From: Octopus bimaculoides
Lineage: Eukaryota
Direction: 5' to 3'
Assembly: GCF_001194135.2 (NCBI RefSeq)
Contig: NC_068983.1
Span: forward strand, 111,879,822 to 111,943,821
Length of the DNA: 64,000 bases
Below the pieces are notes generated by a model. It was not told the DNA's origin. It saw nothing but the letters and a program-made list of their open reading frames with translations, and ran no database searches. A program made the translations under genes and the position numbers. Positions 24,417 through 36,950 of the stretch are shown one piece after another; position 1 is the first letter of the stretch, and each line of letters starts with the position of its first letter.

Positions 24417-25642
24417 GTTAGACAAAAACAAAAATAATATTGATTATTTAAAATTACACTCCCAGTGATGAATATACTAATTATCTGAAGAAATAATTCT
24501 GGGCAAAAATGTAAGGAGAGACAACTCCAAAATTTTAATTGAAATAAATGGATTAAACATGAAATGCAGTGCTGAGTGAGTGTGACTTTTAGCAGTCTGG
24601 TGAAACTCCTGACATGTTTTTGATTTATGAGACTTCATCAGCAAAGCTTAAACTAACCAAGATTGAAAGCTCTCAAACTGACAAGAGAGATATACTTTCT
24701 TGTTATTGTGAATGAACAAGGAGTAGTGTCATAAATAAAAAAAAAGATGGGAGAAAAGTCTTCCTGCCTTAAGAAATGGCATTTCTCATCATTGATGATG
24801 TAATTCCAATCAATTAAAATGTTGTGGTTTAGCAGAACAGATACGTTAGCACCCACTTTACTGTTAAGTTTTATTGCAGCAGATGTCCATAAACATTTTC
24901 CCCAGTCAATCATTCAATTTATTACACCACCCTGTGTTCATTCACAAAAACCTCTCTTGTCAATCTCAGATTTCACAGATTAGCCATTTAAAATTTGCTG
25001 CCTTGATGAAGTTGGATATGACCTAAATAGGCTCAGAGTTGTCATTTTACTGCTAAAGTCAGAGTTGTACTGTTTATGATCAAACTTATTCTCTCTGCGT
25101 TAAATACTTAATTCATTTTTTAAATTAAAATTTTAGAGTTGTCTCCTCTAATTTTGAAGTGAACTCTTATCTTTGGACCAGAATTAGTCATTTACATTAT
25201 GACCCTTTTCATCATTAAGTGTATAATTTTGACTAATAAAACTTCTTGATTTACTACATCAAGCATGTTAGCAAACACTTAACAATTAAATTTTCATGCA
25301 GCATACATCCCTGGGTATTTTTCTCTAGTTATTTCTATAAAAAGTAATAGTAGATTATGTGAAGGTGGTGAGAAAATAATAAGCTTCATTTTGTATGGTT
25401 GCCTCTACTTGTAAAAATGTGATCTATAAAAGTTGACTTCACAGAGTTTCAGATTCATACACTTGAAATCATATCAGAGAGTACAAACGAACAAAACAAA
25501 AAATTTAAATGAATGACAAAAGGTCTATTCTAAGAGATAAGCCAAATCCTGCAGAATACTCAAAGATCAGTAAGAAAAACTGTTTTCTCTTTAATGTATG
25601 AATTCTAATGAATGAGATAGAGAAACTACAGGAATATAAATA

Positions 25643-26830
25643 CAGTGATGCCTTGCACTACGAATTTAATTTATTCTATCACTGAGCTCATTTTATGATT
25701 TACTCATTTTACAAATCAATTTTGCCCACTGAAATATGATTAATCCCTTCCAGCCCCCCAAAATAATTTTTCCTGTATTTTAAAACAGAAACGGTGTAGT
25801 TACAAGTCGTCGCCTTCCTGGCACTTGTGCCAGTGGCACGTGAAAAGACATTCAAGCGAGTCCATTGCCAGTCCCGCTGGACTGGCTCCTGTGCAGGTGG
25901 CACGTAAAATACATCATTTCGAGCGTGGCCGTTGCCAGTACCCCTTGACTGGCCTTCGTGCCATTGGCACATAAAAGCACCCACTACACTCTCGGAGTGG
26001 TTGGTGTTAGGAAGGGCATCCAACAGTAGAAATTCTGCCAAATCAGACTGGAGCCTGGTGTAGCCATCTGGTTTCACCAGTCCTCAGTCAAATCGTCCAA
26101 CCCATGCTAGCATGGAAAGCGGACGTCAAACGATGATGATGAGAATGCAAAATAAATATGTAAACTGGTTTTGTTAACTGAATTTCCTTAAAGATGGGAT
26201 GGTTTGTGTGCGAAGAAGATGATAGAGCGGGAAGAAGGAGGATTGCTGTTTGGAAGGATAATCTTCTTCCATTAAGACTTCAAGAAGAAACATTTCTGGC
26301 GTTTTCTCTCTCACTTCACTTAATTTAAGCTTTTTGGACACACTTTCTTCACTTTTTACATTTGCAGGTCATCTCATTAGAAAATATCAAGAGAAGTCTG
26401 CATTTTCCTGCCTTTCAAAATGTTACAAAAATGCACCTCAGCAATGTCATTAAATAAAGCAACTGCACAACTTGTAGCTTCTTTTTCAGGATGATATTTT
26501 TCTACAAATTCAAAAATATACTGCTACCTTGCCAACCCTGCCTTTATATCATTCATAAAGATAACATTCTCTGCTACACTGTCCTCCTCGGGGGAACCAA
26601 TCTCTTCCACCGCATTGAGCACTGTCCTTTGCACTAACCTTTTTAGGACCCATGGCTAACATAACTAATTATTATAAAATAATAGCAAAAACTGCACAAA
26701 ACTAAACAAAAACACTGGGAAAAACACAATAGAGATGCTGCCACAACTAGATAAACACGTGAACTGTGCTTGTTGGGAGAGCATGCGTGAGCTCAGCTCC
26801 GGCTAGAAGTTGCTTGTATGAAAATTGCTC
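25643..26830 (-). mobile_element. Internally deleted Tigger/pogo-type element, interrupted by an RTE 3'UTR
   Basis: Terminus TA-CAGTGATGCCTTGCACTACGAATTTAAT at 25643. The minus strand reads MGPKKVSAKDSA from 26653, fused to a C-terminal remnant (FVEKYHPEKEATSCAVALFNDIAEVHFCNILKGRKMQTSLD). Confidence 0.7.
25807..26141 (+). mobile_element. 5'-truncated RTE-type LINE 3'UTR nested in the Tigger derivative
   Basis: Same family as 12981-13316. Confidence 0.8.
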
Positions 26831-27191
26831 GGACTGTAGATTTCTGCTCATACATCTATACAAAAATTCTTTAAGAATTGTCTTCCTTTTTTTCTTAAAG
26901 AAACACTAAAATCTCTTTCCCAAACATCCACCCATCACCTCACCACTTTCAAAAAGCTACAAACTCCCAATGTTTCACTTTTAGCCTTTTGGAAAGCGGG
27001 GAAGTTTCTTAAGAAATAATGTCATTTATGTGTTGTTTCTAGCATGTCGGGTTTTCTGATGGTGCTTTAATATATTTTACGTCTGCTATTTCAGTACAAT
27101 TCTATGCATGCATGAAACATCAGATGAAAGTGAAACATAAGGTGTTTTTAGCTGTTTGAAAGCAGGTAGGTGATGGGTGGGCGAGGTAGCA

Positions 27192-27766
27192 GATTTTAAA
27201 CTCATACACACACACACACACACACACACACATACTAGCAATGCATCCCGGTGTTGCCCGGGTGTTATGACCTATAGCCATATTGTATTATTTGTTCTTT
27301 TCTTATGGGCAGAATCAGCACAGCTGATAGACAGGGAACTGGATTAGTGGTGTAATGAGTGCTTTTTAAAGAAAAATTAAGCTCTAAAAATATATATATT
27401 TCGCAGATTCATAATCTCTGCATTTTTCTACATGGATAAAAAAAAAAACTTTGTAAAAATGTTACAAATTAAGAAATTGCAGTGGGGAGAGGGGAAAACT
27501 AAAAGTTTGAAAACAGTTTCAGGGCAAAATTGTATTAACCTCTTTTTAGACGATGAAGCAATACATAGTTTGTGATTCTTCTTAAGAACAGAAACCCATA
27601 CAAATTGTACCCTCCTGCTTCACTTTTAAACAAGCAATAACTTCCATTACACCACTAATCCAGTTCCCTGTCTATCAGCTGTGCTGATTCTGCCCATAAG
27701 AAAAGAACAAATAATACAATATGGCTATAGGTCATAACACCCGGGCAACACCGGGATGCATTGCTA

Positions 27767-27801
<35 letters not shown>

Positions 27802-27812
27802 AGTTTAAAATC
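27192..27812. repeat. Near-perfect inverted duplication (arms 27192-27357 and 27645-27812), each arm containing a Helitron-like 3' end plus flank
   Basis: The arms are reverse complements apart from one (CA) unit. Each has the hairpin CCCGG-gcaaca-CCGGG, 8 nt, then CTAG followed by T (27740-27767 on +; 27235-27262 on -). Confidence 0.85.
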
Positions 27813-29053
27813 AAATTTTATTTCCATTATAAATCTTTGTTGTATATTTTTGCTCATATATGATGGATGAAGTCCTCATAGTAAGTATATGCCTTTCTCA
27901 CGTGCAAGTATTAGAAATGTCGATAAAATGTAACGGAGGGAATAATATATTTGTAAACGTTAGAAATCAGTAACTGATAGGAATGCATGGATATGAAGAC
28001 CCTTTCATAGATAAGCAGTTTCAAGAGAAAAGTTGAAGCCGTTGATATTTGGCATTTTTCATTTTGACTTCCAAAATTGAAACTAATCAATCAACTTGCA
28101 TTCTACTACCCAAAACACGTATGGTTGAACAGTGGTGGTCTGAAAGAATTGTTTCACTAATATCTCATTATGATTTTAAACTTCCATTTTTCTGATGTCC
28201 AGAAATGAGGTCAGAAAGGTTATACAGGACTGAAATGGTTGGAAAGAAAAGTTTGACAGGTGAAACAAAAGCATCAAGGATGATAGCATAAAAACTCAAT
28301 ATATTTTGATTCATTGCTTTATGTAAAACATTAGGGAATATAATCGAAATAATCAGGCTGACAGACAGTGACAGCATCATCGTTGTTGATAGATAATGTA
28401 ATAACCTCTACAAACACTACATATACCTTGTAAATAAAATGAACGGCTAAGTTTCAGGATTTGACTCTACAAAATTTTTACTAACAGTTCAGGATCGTTC
28501 AAGCCATTGAGTAGCCTATGTTATGGGTCTCACATTTTCAGGACCAGCAATAAACACTTTATTGTTATTGTTCTTATAGTTCTAATATACCTCTAACATT
28601 TACGAATGACTGAATATTTAAAGTTGATCCAATACTTGGAATAATTTCGAGATCCAATACACACTAAATTAAATGCTTGCAAACTATCAATTCCAATTCA
28701 GTGATTTACCACATGCTCTATTACTATAGTTCAATACTTAATTAATAGACTTGCCATTCTGTTTCTCTGTTTAGATGCAGTGCATTAATCTTGCCATACA
28801 ATAATTGAACTTAATTATTATTTTACTCATAAATAAGGTCGGTTGAACAAATCAGGTTATTGCTATTATATTATAGTCACCGCAATACTAACATACTTCA
28901 TTAAATCAAAGAGGGATAAGAAACAAACTGGTAAGAAGTATTTTATTGCATACAGTTTCAACTATCACTTGTCTTCTTAAGCAAAACTACAGTACAAATA
29001 ACAAGTTTAAATCAATACTCATATTTCACTGTTAGAACCATAACAATTTGCAT

Positions 29054-29098
<45 letters not shown>

Positions 29099-29140
29099 GT
29101 ATATAGATAGATTAACACACATTTGTACATATATGCATGT

Positions 29141-29345
29141 ATCAGCAGCAGCATCCTTTAATGTCCATTTTCCATGCTAGCATGGGTTGAATGGCTTGAC
29201 TAGAGCTGACAAACCAGAGAGCTGTACCAGGTTCCAGTCTGATTTGGCTTGGTTTCTACGGGTGGATGCCTTTTCTAATGTCAACCACTTTACAATGTGT
29301 ATGGTGGGTGCTTTTAACGTGGAACTGGCACAATCCAACACCATC
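29141..29345 (-). mobile_element. RTE-type 3' tail fragment, reverse orientation
   Basis: TTTCCATGCTAGCATGGGTTG...TCTGATTTGGC...TTTCTAC..GTGGATGCC is the reverse complement of the family tail. Confidence 0.75.
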
Positions 29346-29544
29346 ATATATATANNNNNNNNNNNNNNNNNNNNNNNNNNNNNNNNNNNNNNNNNNNNNN
29401 NNNNNNNNNNNNNNNNNNNNNNNNNNNNNNNNNNNNNNNNNNNNNNNNNNNNNNNNNNNNNNNNNNNNNNNNNNNNNNNNNNNNNNNNNNNNNNNNNNNN
29501 NNNNNNNNNNNNNNNNNNNNNNNNNNNNNNNNNNNNNNNNNNNN

Positions 29545-30298
29545 CGAGACCTTTCAAAATATGCTGTGCATGAGAAGACCTGGCAAGCCAAGTGAGACCA
29601 TAATCAGTGGCCTCTGCCAGGGGTGTAGCCAGCCCACTTATGTATACCTTTCCTTCATTGGACATTAAACTCTGCTTGCGAAGACCTATTGAGGCAAGTG
29701 AAATCAAAATCGAACCAAATTCGACGACTGGTACCCATGCCAACCTCTCCTTCATAAGACACTAAACTCTGCTTGCGAAGACCTGTTGGGGCAAGTGAAA
29801 TCGAAATCGTAATTGAACCAAATTCGATGACTGGTACCTGTGCCAGTGGAGTGCTAACAGTACCATTCAAGCATGATCATTGCTAGAGCAGTTGTCTGGC
29901 TTCCGGTGCCAGTGGCATGTAAATAGTACTATTTGAGTGTGATCGTTACCAGCGTCACCTTACTGGCACTTGTGCTGGTAGCACGGGAAAAAAACGTTCG
30001 AGTGAGGTCGTTGCTGGTGCCGCTGGACTGGCTCCTGTGCAGGTGGCATGTAAAATACACCATTTCGAGCGTGGCCGTTGCAAGTACCACCTGACTAGCC
30101 TTTGTGCCAGTGGCACGCAAAAGCACCCACTACATTCTTGGGGTGGTTAGCATTAGGAAGGGCATCCAGCTGTAGAAACTCTGCCAAATCAGATTGGAGC
30201 CTGGTGTAGCCACCTGGTTCCCCAGTCCTCAGTCAAATCGTCCAGCCCATGCTAGCATGGAAAGTGGACGTTAAACAATGATGATGATGATGATGATG
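29545..30298 (+). mobile_element. 5'-truncated RTE-type LINE: last ORF codons plus a roughly 700 bp modular 3'UTR and (GAT)n tail
   Basis: RDLSKYAVHEKTWQAK* (stop at 29595) resembles an RTE ORF C-terminus. The 3'UTR shared with the other copies follows it. Confidence 0.75.
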
Positions 30299-30329
30299 AA
30301 TTCAAAGGTTGCATCCAATTATTAATCAT

Positions 30330-32200
30330 GAATTTCAAAACCTCATCACAATGCCACTATGTTCTCTGAATTGGAAAGAACTGAAGAGAGGAATAAGTAA
30401 AGGCACGTCAGTGTCACAGCAAAAACATCAACTATTTTTTTCAGGAAAACTGGTGGATAAGAAGTTTTAACAATTGCTCAATCAAATAAAGTGTCTACTG
30501 AGTGACAATTTCAAAAAGTTTTCCATAGCTCATCTTCTGTATTAGCACCCAAGCTATTTTAGCATCTACAAAGAGCCACAAAAATGTTGATCAACTGACA
30601 GAATTAGCTGATAAAATGGTTAAAATATTACGGTCAGTATTTTCTGGGGAAAATATTGCATTTGCTGCACATTCTACAATCATTACAGTTCTACATTCTT
30701 GGATTGAACAGCGATTGTTTTGAATACAAGTGCTTACAACTACAGTAATTTCACATAATGCACTGTATAACTGGATTTTCTAATCAATCCAGAAATTTTT
30801 CACGTACATGTCTTTACATCTTTGGTGCTTCTCAATGAGTAGAATGTAAATGTTGGTAGATGTAACCTTTCCAGCATCAATGCTCACCATTGTGTCCATT
30901 ATTATTCCTTTCAACACATGTCCTTCTTTTCTCAGCAGCAAAATGGCATATATAGGGTTACATCATTTTAACTTTCCTCGAACATATTGATAAAGAAGGA
31001 ATTGGGTCATTCACAATGAGAAAGTGAAATCAATTCTGACGATTTCTGGTCCAACAACATGGAAGATTCACTACTTCAACTTCATGTCTCAGTACATTGC
31101 TGACAATTGAAATATCAACAGAAGTGATAAAATCCCCTCTGATATTCTTTCCTGCATTTTTAAGAAGCCAATTCACATTACTGCTGGTAATTCATCATAA
31201 GGTAATCCAGTTTACTCTTGAAAGTCAACTGACTGCAGCTGACCAGAATCAAAATCAAGAAGTTTTAAATCTACACAAATCCTCATTTTCTTTATCATTC
31301 ATCATGTGCTTCTTCTTTCATAAATCGTCTCATCTAATGCTAACTCCATACTGAAAATGATATCAGTTCACTTCGTCTGGACTGACATTGACAGAGACAC
31401 TAGTAAATAAATTAGGCATTGTGTTGCTTGTCAGACAGCTTAAGTCCATAGACATGTTAAATCACTATTTGGTATCTTCACAACACCTGAGTAATGTTTC
31501 CAGCTCATCTACATTGCCATCATTGGACCACTGCCTCTTTTCACAAGTATATACACTTATTATTTACATTGATCTAGTTACCAGTTGACCTGAAGCCATT
31601 CTGTTGGCTAATACCAGAGCAGAAACAACTACCAAGCCCCTAATTAAACATTAGATTGAACCATTCAGCATGCTTTCAGTCACAATAGATTGAAAACGTT
31701 GGTTTGTATCCAACCTTTTCAATGAGCTTGTAGGAAATTGGTTATACAACATTAGGTGTACACCCAATTTCCTATATTAAATTAGGAACAAACGGAACGC
31801 AGAACTCCAAACTATCAACTCAACAATATTTATTTATGGTGGAAAATATACAGCTTTACTCTTGGTTGTTGAGACGCCTTCTGTGTGTGAGAACATGGTT
31901 GTTGGGACGTTGGTATGTTGATGTGAGCTGTCTAGCGTGAGTTCGAAAGATAGAGAGAGACAGCTAGACACGTCCTTGCTCAATCGCTGGCCAGCAAGAA
32001 AGAGACAGAATAAAGCGGGAAACGCTTGGATGTTGAATTCCACGCATGCGTGAGACTACGCTGATACATCTGATTTGCAAAGAGGCATCCAAAACTGCTT
32101 ACAGGCATGTTGCCAGTAACATGATTGAGAGATTTCATCAGCAGTTGAAATCTATTCTCAAAGCATGCATTCATAAAAGTACTTGTTCTTCTGGATATTC
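30330..32200 (+). mobile_element. Decayed, internally deleted Gypsy/Ty3 LTR-retrotransposon remnant (gag-like and integrase parts)
   Basis: QLTELADKM (about 30592, gag-like); CVACQTA*VHRHVKS (31420-31465); IDLVTS*PEAI (about 31566-31600); MIERFHQQLKSILKA (32121-32165). These match Gypsy integrase motifs. Confidence 0.8.
31742..32075 (-). mobile_element. Insertion of about 330 bp inside the Gypsy integrase; possible solo LTR
   Basis: It interrupts the integrase between NELV... and ...CKR.QTTAY. It is CpG-richer than its surroundings, has TGT...ACA-like ends (31756/32067) and an AATAAAT on the minus strand. No target-site duplication was found. Confidence 0.4.
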
Positions 32201-33000
32201 CATGATTAGGGACGAAATTGGTTGAATATCAACTGAATTTATGTGAGGTGATACTTTAGCATTAACTTGTCAAGTAGTTACGGTTGTCCTTTCTGTGGAT
32301 ATTCTGGATTTTGCAATCTATGTTCATTGATTTTGAACTTATATCTTCAGCACTCCTCGGTGACGCATATCAACAAACATTTGGCAGTGCTTACATGATT
32401 TTCCATGCAATTCAAAAAGCTACATCAATCACCATATTCTGTTCTGTATAAAGTGCTTCAGACATCTCCCAACTACTTCATTGTTGGCGTAAAAGGAGAT
32501 TAAATGTCTATCAGAATAGATTAACTGGAAAGCAATCAAAAATATGAACTAATATCTCACCAAGGCAGTTCTTCTCCAACATTGTAACCTTCTTTCTGTA
32601 CATCTAACTCTTTATTTGCAGTTGTGAAAACATGGGATTCAATATGACCTCAATCCAGTTCAAAACTACTACTTCTTCCTACTAACATGATTGCCTGTCC
32701 GTTTTTTTTTTTGTTTTTGTTTTTTGCACCTGGTTAAAACTCTGTTCTAAATACCTGTAAACTGGCCTAAATGATACCTACGACACCTTGGTTTATAACA
32801 AATCTACTGCATTAATAAAGAATATTTTACACTCACATGTACATTATTCATGCTGTTATTCCCTAAACAGTCGAGTTTGACTTATCATCGAGAAAAGGAA
32901 ACAACGTATCCTATTTCTTATGTTATCTTCTTCCCTTACTAAGTCGTATTCTATTTTCTTCATTTATCATTCTTTTTCTATCTTCCTTATTTACCAACAC

Positions 33001-33064
<64 letters not shown>

Positions 33065-33112
33065 TACACACACACACACACACATACATACATGCAGACC
33101 AATATGCACGCA

Positions 33113-33720
33113 GGCGCAGGAGTGGCTGTGTGGTAAGTAGCTTGCTTACCAACCACATGGTTCTGGGTTCAGTCCCACTGCATGGCACCTTNNNNNNNNN
33201 NNNNNNNNNNNNNNNNNNNNNNNNNNNNNNNNNNNNNNNNNNNNNNNNNNNNNNNNNNNNNNNNNNNNNNNNNNNNNNNNNNNNNNNNNNNNNNNNNNNN
33301 NNNNNNNNNNNNNNNNNNNNNNNNNNNNNNNNNNNNNNNNNNNNNNNNNNNNNNNNNNNNNNNNNNNNNNNNNNNNNNNNNNNNNNNNNNNNNNNNNNNN
33401 NNNNNNNNNNNNNNNNNNNNNNNNNNNNNNNNNNNNNNNNNNNNNNNNNNNNNNNNNNNNNNNNNNNNNNNNNNNNNNNNNNNNNNNNNNNNNNNNNNNN
33501 NNNNNNNTGTGTGTGTGTGTGTGTGTGTATGTGTTTGTCCTCCCAACATCGCTCGACAACCGATGCTGGTGTGTTTACGTCCCCGTAACCTAGCGGTTCG
33601 GCAAAAGAGACCGATAGAATAAGTACTAGGCTTCCAAAGAATAAGTCCTGGGGTCGATTTGCTCGACTAAAGGCGATGCTCCAGCATGGCCGCCGTCAAG
33701 TGACTAAAACAAGTAAAAGA
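33113..33720 (+). mobile_element. tRNA-headed SINE with internal (TG)n (gap inside)
   Basis: A box TGGCTGTGTGGTAAG and B box GGGTTCAGTCCCA; 3' end ...CCAGCATGGCCGCCGTCAAGTGACTAAAACAAGTAAAAGA. Confidence 0.85.
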
Positions 33721-34576
33721 GTATATGTATAGATACAAGATTTGTGTTGGTCAGTCACAAGTCTTTCAGTGCACCCTTTAATTGTATTGTGACTTCATTA
33801 TCACAGACATGATTTTGGCACAGATCAGAATGTTCTTTGTTACAAAGAACTGGTATATTGCATGACAATGTTTTTATTGACTATTTTCAGCCAGTCACAT
33901 TGTTTTCTTTTGGTGCATTTACTGTTCGATGAACAAGTCCTCAGGGTCCCATCTTTCCAATATGAAGAGCTGTTTACTTAATACTTAGCAGACCCAAAAG
34001 GAACAGCTACAGGGTTCTACATTTATTCCAGAAGTGTCAAACTATCACTCACATGCTGAAATGCATGTACTTATATATTCCACACACACACACACACACA
34101 CATATGCATTCACATCAAAAATTTAACTTTTGTTGTCTTGATGGTATGCATGTGAGGCTATGTGTGAGTGATATAACAACTTTGCAGCACTCATAAATAG
34201 TGATTACAAAAGCTCTGTAATGAGGCTTGCCAAGACAGGAGAAAATATACACATTAAATTCATAACAGATAAATTTAATGATATATCTAGGTTGAGCAGA
34301 AGTTGTTAAAATGGCTATGATAATGACAAGAGAATGTGTGAGCACTGGACCGCACATTGCCACACACTGAAAGTTAGCGCTAAAAGCAAGCCTTTTATAA
34401 CCCTTGCACTACGATATTCCAAGGGGATCAAGAATGATCTATCATGTGAAGTCTGGTTGCTGATTGGTCAATAACTCGACCTCTCAAGTGAACAAGGTTG
34501 TGCTATGAATTCTTAAACTGCGCTATTTGTTGACTTGGCTTCGAGCCTACTACACTTTTATTATGTGATCTTGAGG

Positions 34577-34678
34577 CAGGGTTGTCAATATCAAAGTTTA
34601 AAAAGCACTATTTCGAGAGGTAAAAGGTACTAAAAAGCATTAAATAAAATTCAAAGTCCCAAAAAAGAAAAGCACCTA

Positions 34679-34716
<38 letters not shown>

Positions 34717-36670
34717 AAATTCACCATAAATTGATGTAAAGCTCAAAAGATTTACATTAAAATTTTCAGTCCCAATTAAATTAAAATGAAATAACATAAC
34801 TACCTTTTATTTTTACTCCAGAATATTTTGGAAAATTTCCTGATCAATTTTGATGTACAGCTGCACTTTCACACGATTTATAAACTTCCATGAATTCAAT
34901 TTTCTTTAACAGTTCACTAGGTAGTTTATAATCATAACAACATTTACCATTGGTTTAAGTCCATATTTGGTATTCAAGATTTCTCTTAGCATTTCTATGC
35001 TTAATGAGTTACACTCATTTGATTTCATAAAACCAGTATGGCTAAACATTCTCTCCATATCAGCATATGGATGTGGTAAAATGAAGTGTCAAAACTAACT
35101 TGAAATTCCATTGAAAGTAAATTTTTGTCAAAATCTTTGAATCCATGGTAAAATGCTTTGCAAGGTCTATAATTCCAGGTTTTTATTGGTTTAATCCAAT
35201 CTGTTACACTAAAATAACTTGTTGATTATGAAAAACGGAAGTTTTCTGGAAGATATTGTTAACTATCCATAATGTCTTCAACAAATTTTATGCATCAGTC
35301 CCTTATCTTATTTTTTTCTTGCTCAGTAAATTTATACAGGGATTTCCTTCTCAAATTGATAATTAAGATACGATTTCCAACCTAAATAATCCTACACTGA
35401 ATCATTTAGTTTTTTCTTTAGCATTATATTTATTTAACTGAATGTATCAATAAGATGCTGAAGATCATTCAATAATTTAGTGAGATCTTGTGTTCTACTT
35501 CAAGTTTTTTATTAACTGTCTGAAATCCAGGAACGAATTGCTTTTAAAAAGTAGAAAACAATATTCCTTGACATAGTACATGAAATATAGGACTTTTAGC
35601 TGCATCTGAATGGTCTTAATTCCTTGTAATTTAGGGAGCTCCTCCTCCACCACAGATGCATCCACTACTCAAAAATAAATTTCTAAATCAAAGCCGCCAT
35701 TTACCAAAATGTTATATAAACGAAAGTGCAATTATATCCAAACTAAAATCAGTACCCACCTAATCAATGAAGATGAAAGAGCCTGTTCTATTAACTGGAG
35801 CACGAATTTAATGTGAGAGGAGCGGAGATTGGAATTTAGGGAACAGCAGGCACAGTCATTTAAGGGAGGAAAAAGAATGTCTAATATGAAAAATTAAAAC
35901 TGGAAATTGGAAATTATGAGTTAGACATTGGAAATTAAAATTTGAAAATTGAGAGCAAAAAATTAGACATTGATAATTGGAAATTTAAATTTAAAATAAT
36001 TAAAATAATACATCAAAATAACAATATAATAACAAGAATGTTGTTATACCCTGCTACCTAACAATGATCTCAAATTGATTGTGAAAGTTATATTTTATAG
36101 CTTTTATTGTTGACCCCTATATATGTTAACTCATTAAATTCATTCTTTTTTTTCTTTTTATTCCACACTCTTAGTAATGTGGGCTGAATGGCCAAGTAGT
36201 GCTCTGCAGAAGCAAGCCTGAAAGTCTGCATGGTACACGGCATTTAAACTTGTTTATAATAAAGAAATTAAAAGTATTTGGAAAAAAAGAAAAAAGAAAA
36301 AGAAAGCATTTCTAAAAGCGAAATATTTCTGTGTTTAGTGGTATTCGCCCACCAAACATTTCAAATTGATAGCAATTTTCAAGTGTTTCCATTCTCGGCT
36401 AAAATTCTGTAGAAATACAGAAATTTGTACCATAGTGTTTCTTATAAAGGCAAATACTGAGCATGTAGCCAAATTTGTATACATCCTGGATTTTGAACAG
36501 AAAATTTCAAATCAAATTCTGATTCATTTTAATGGAAAAGCTCAAATTGAAGCACTAAATTGTTATAAAAAGCAATAAAATAATGTGGGCTTGTAACTCA
36601 AAGGATTGTCGCTCTGAAAATAGTAAAAAGACACTAAATTTAGTGCAGAAGCACTAAATTGGAGACCCTG
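34577..36670 (-). mobile_element. Decayed hAT DNA transposon (about 2.1 kb)
   Basis: Imperfect TIRs CAGGGTTGTCAAT / ATTGGAGACCCTG and subterminal AGCAC repeats. The minus strand (35076 to about 34955) reads PHPYADMERMFSHTGFMKSNECNSLSIEMLREILNTKYGLK, matching the hAT C-terminal dimerisation motif. No intact 8-bp TSD. Confidence 0.7.
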
Positions 36671-36950
36671 CTGCCCCACCCCACACAAGTGTAATTCAAT
36701 AATATTTACAAGGTCTACTTTAAAGGAAGGAATATAAAAAGAAAAGCGTAATTAAAGAGATTTTTTTGATGACCACGTAAGCAGGCATCAGGATTTATAT
36801 ATTTGCATACAAATGTATCCATAAACACAATTTTCTAGCTGAATGAGCTTGAGGCCTTGTAATAAGACTGGACCTTTGAATTATGCATATGATCCAGAGA
36901 AAGAGAAGAATCAATCAAGAACTAAACCCCAGAACTTTATTTATCAACTT

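Noticed and set aside
24597-24641. GAAAC plus (minus-strand) CTGATGA as a possible hammerhead
   Set aside because: The two core halves lie on opposite strands. It is just a short inverted repeat.
33113-33190. tRNA-like heads (also 5806, 39580, 48233, 55568) as tRNA genes
   Set aside because: They continue into SINE bodies and lack a complete cloverleaf.
34682-34715. Poly(A) run of about 33 nt as a retrogene tail
   Set aside because: It lies in the subterminal region of the hAT element, with no upstream processed ORF or TSD.
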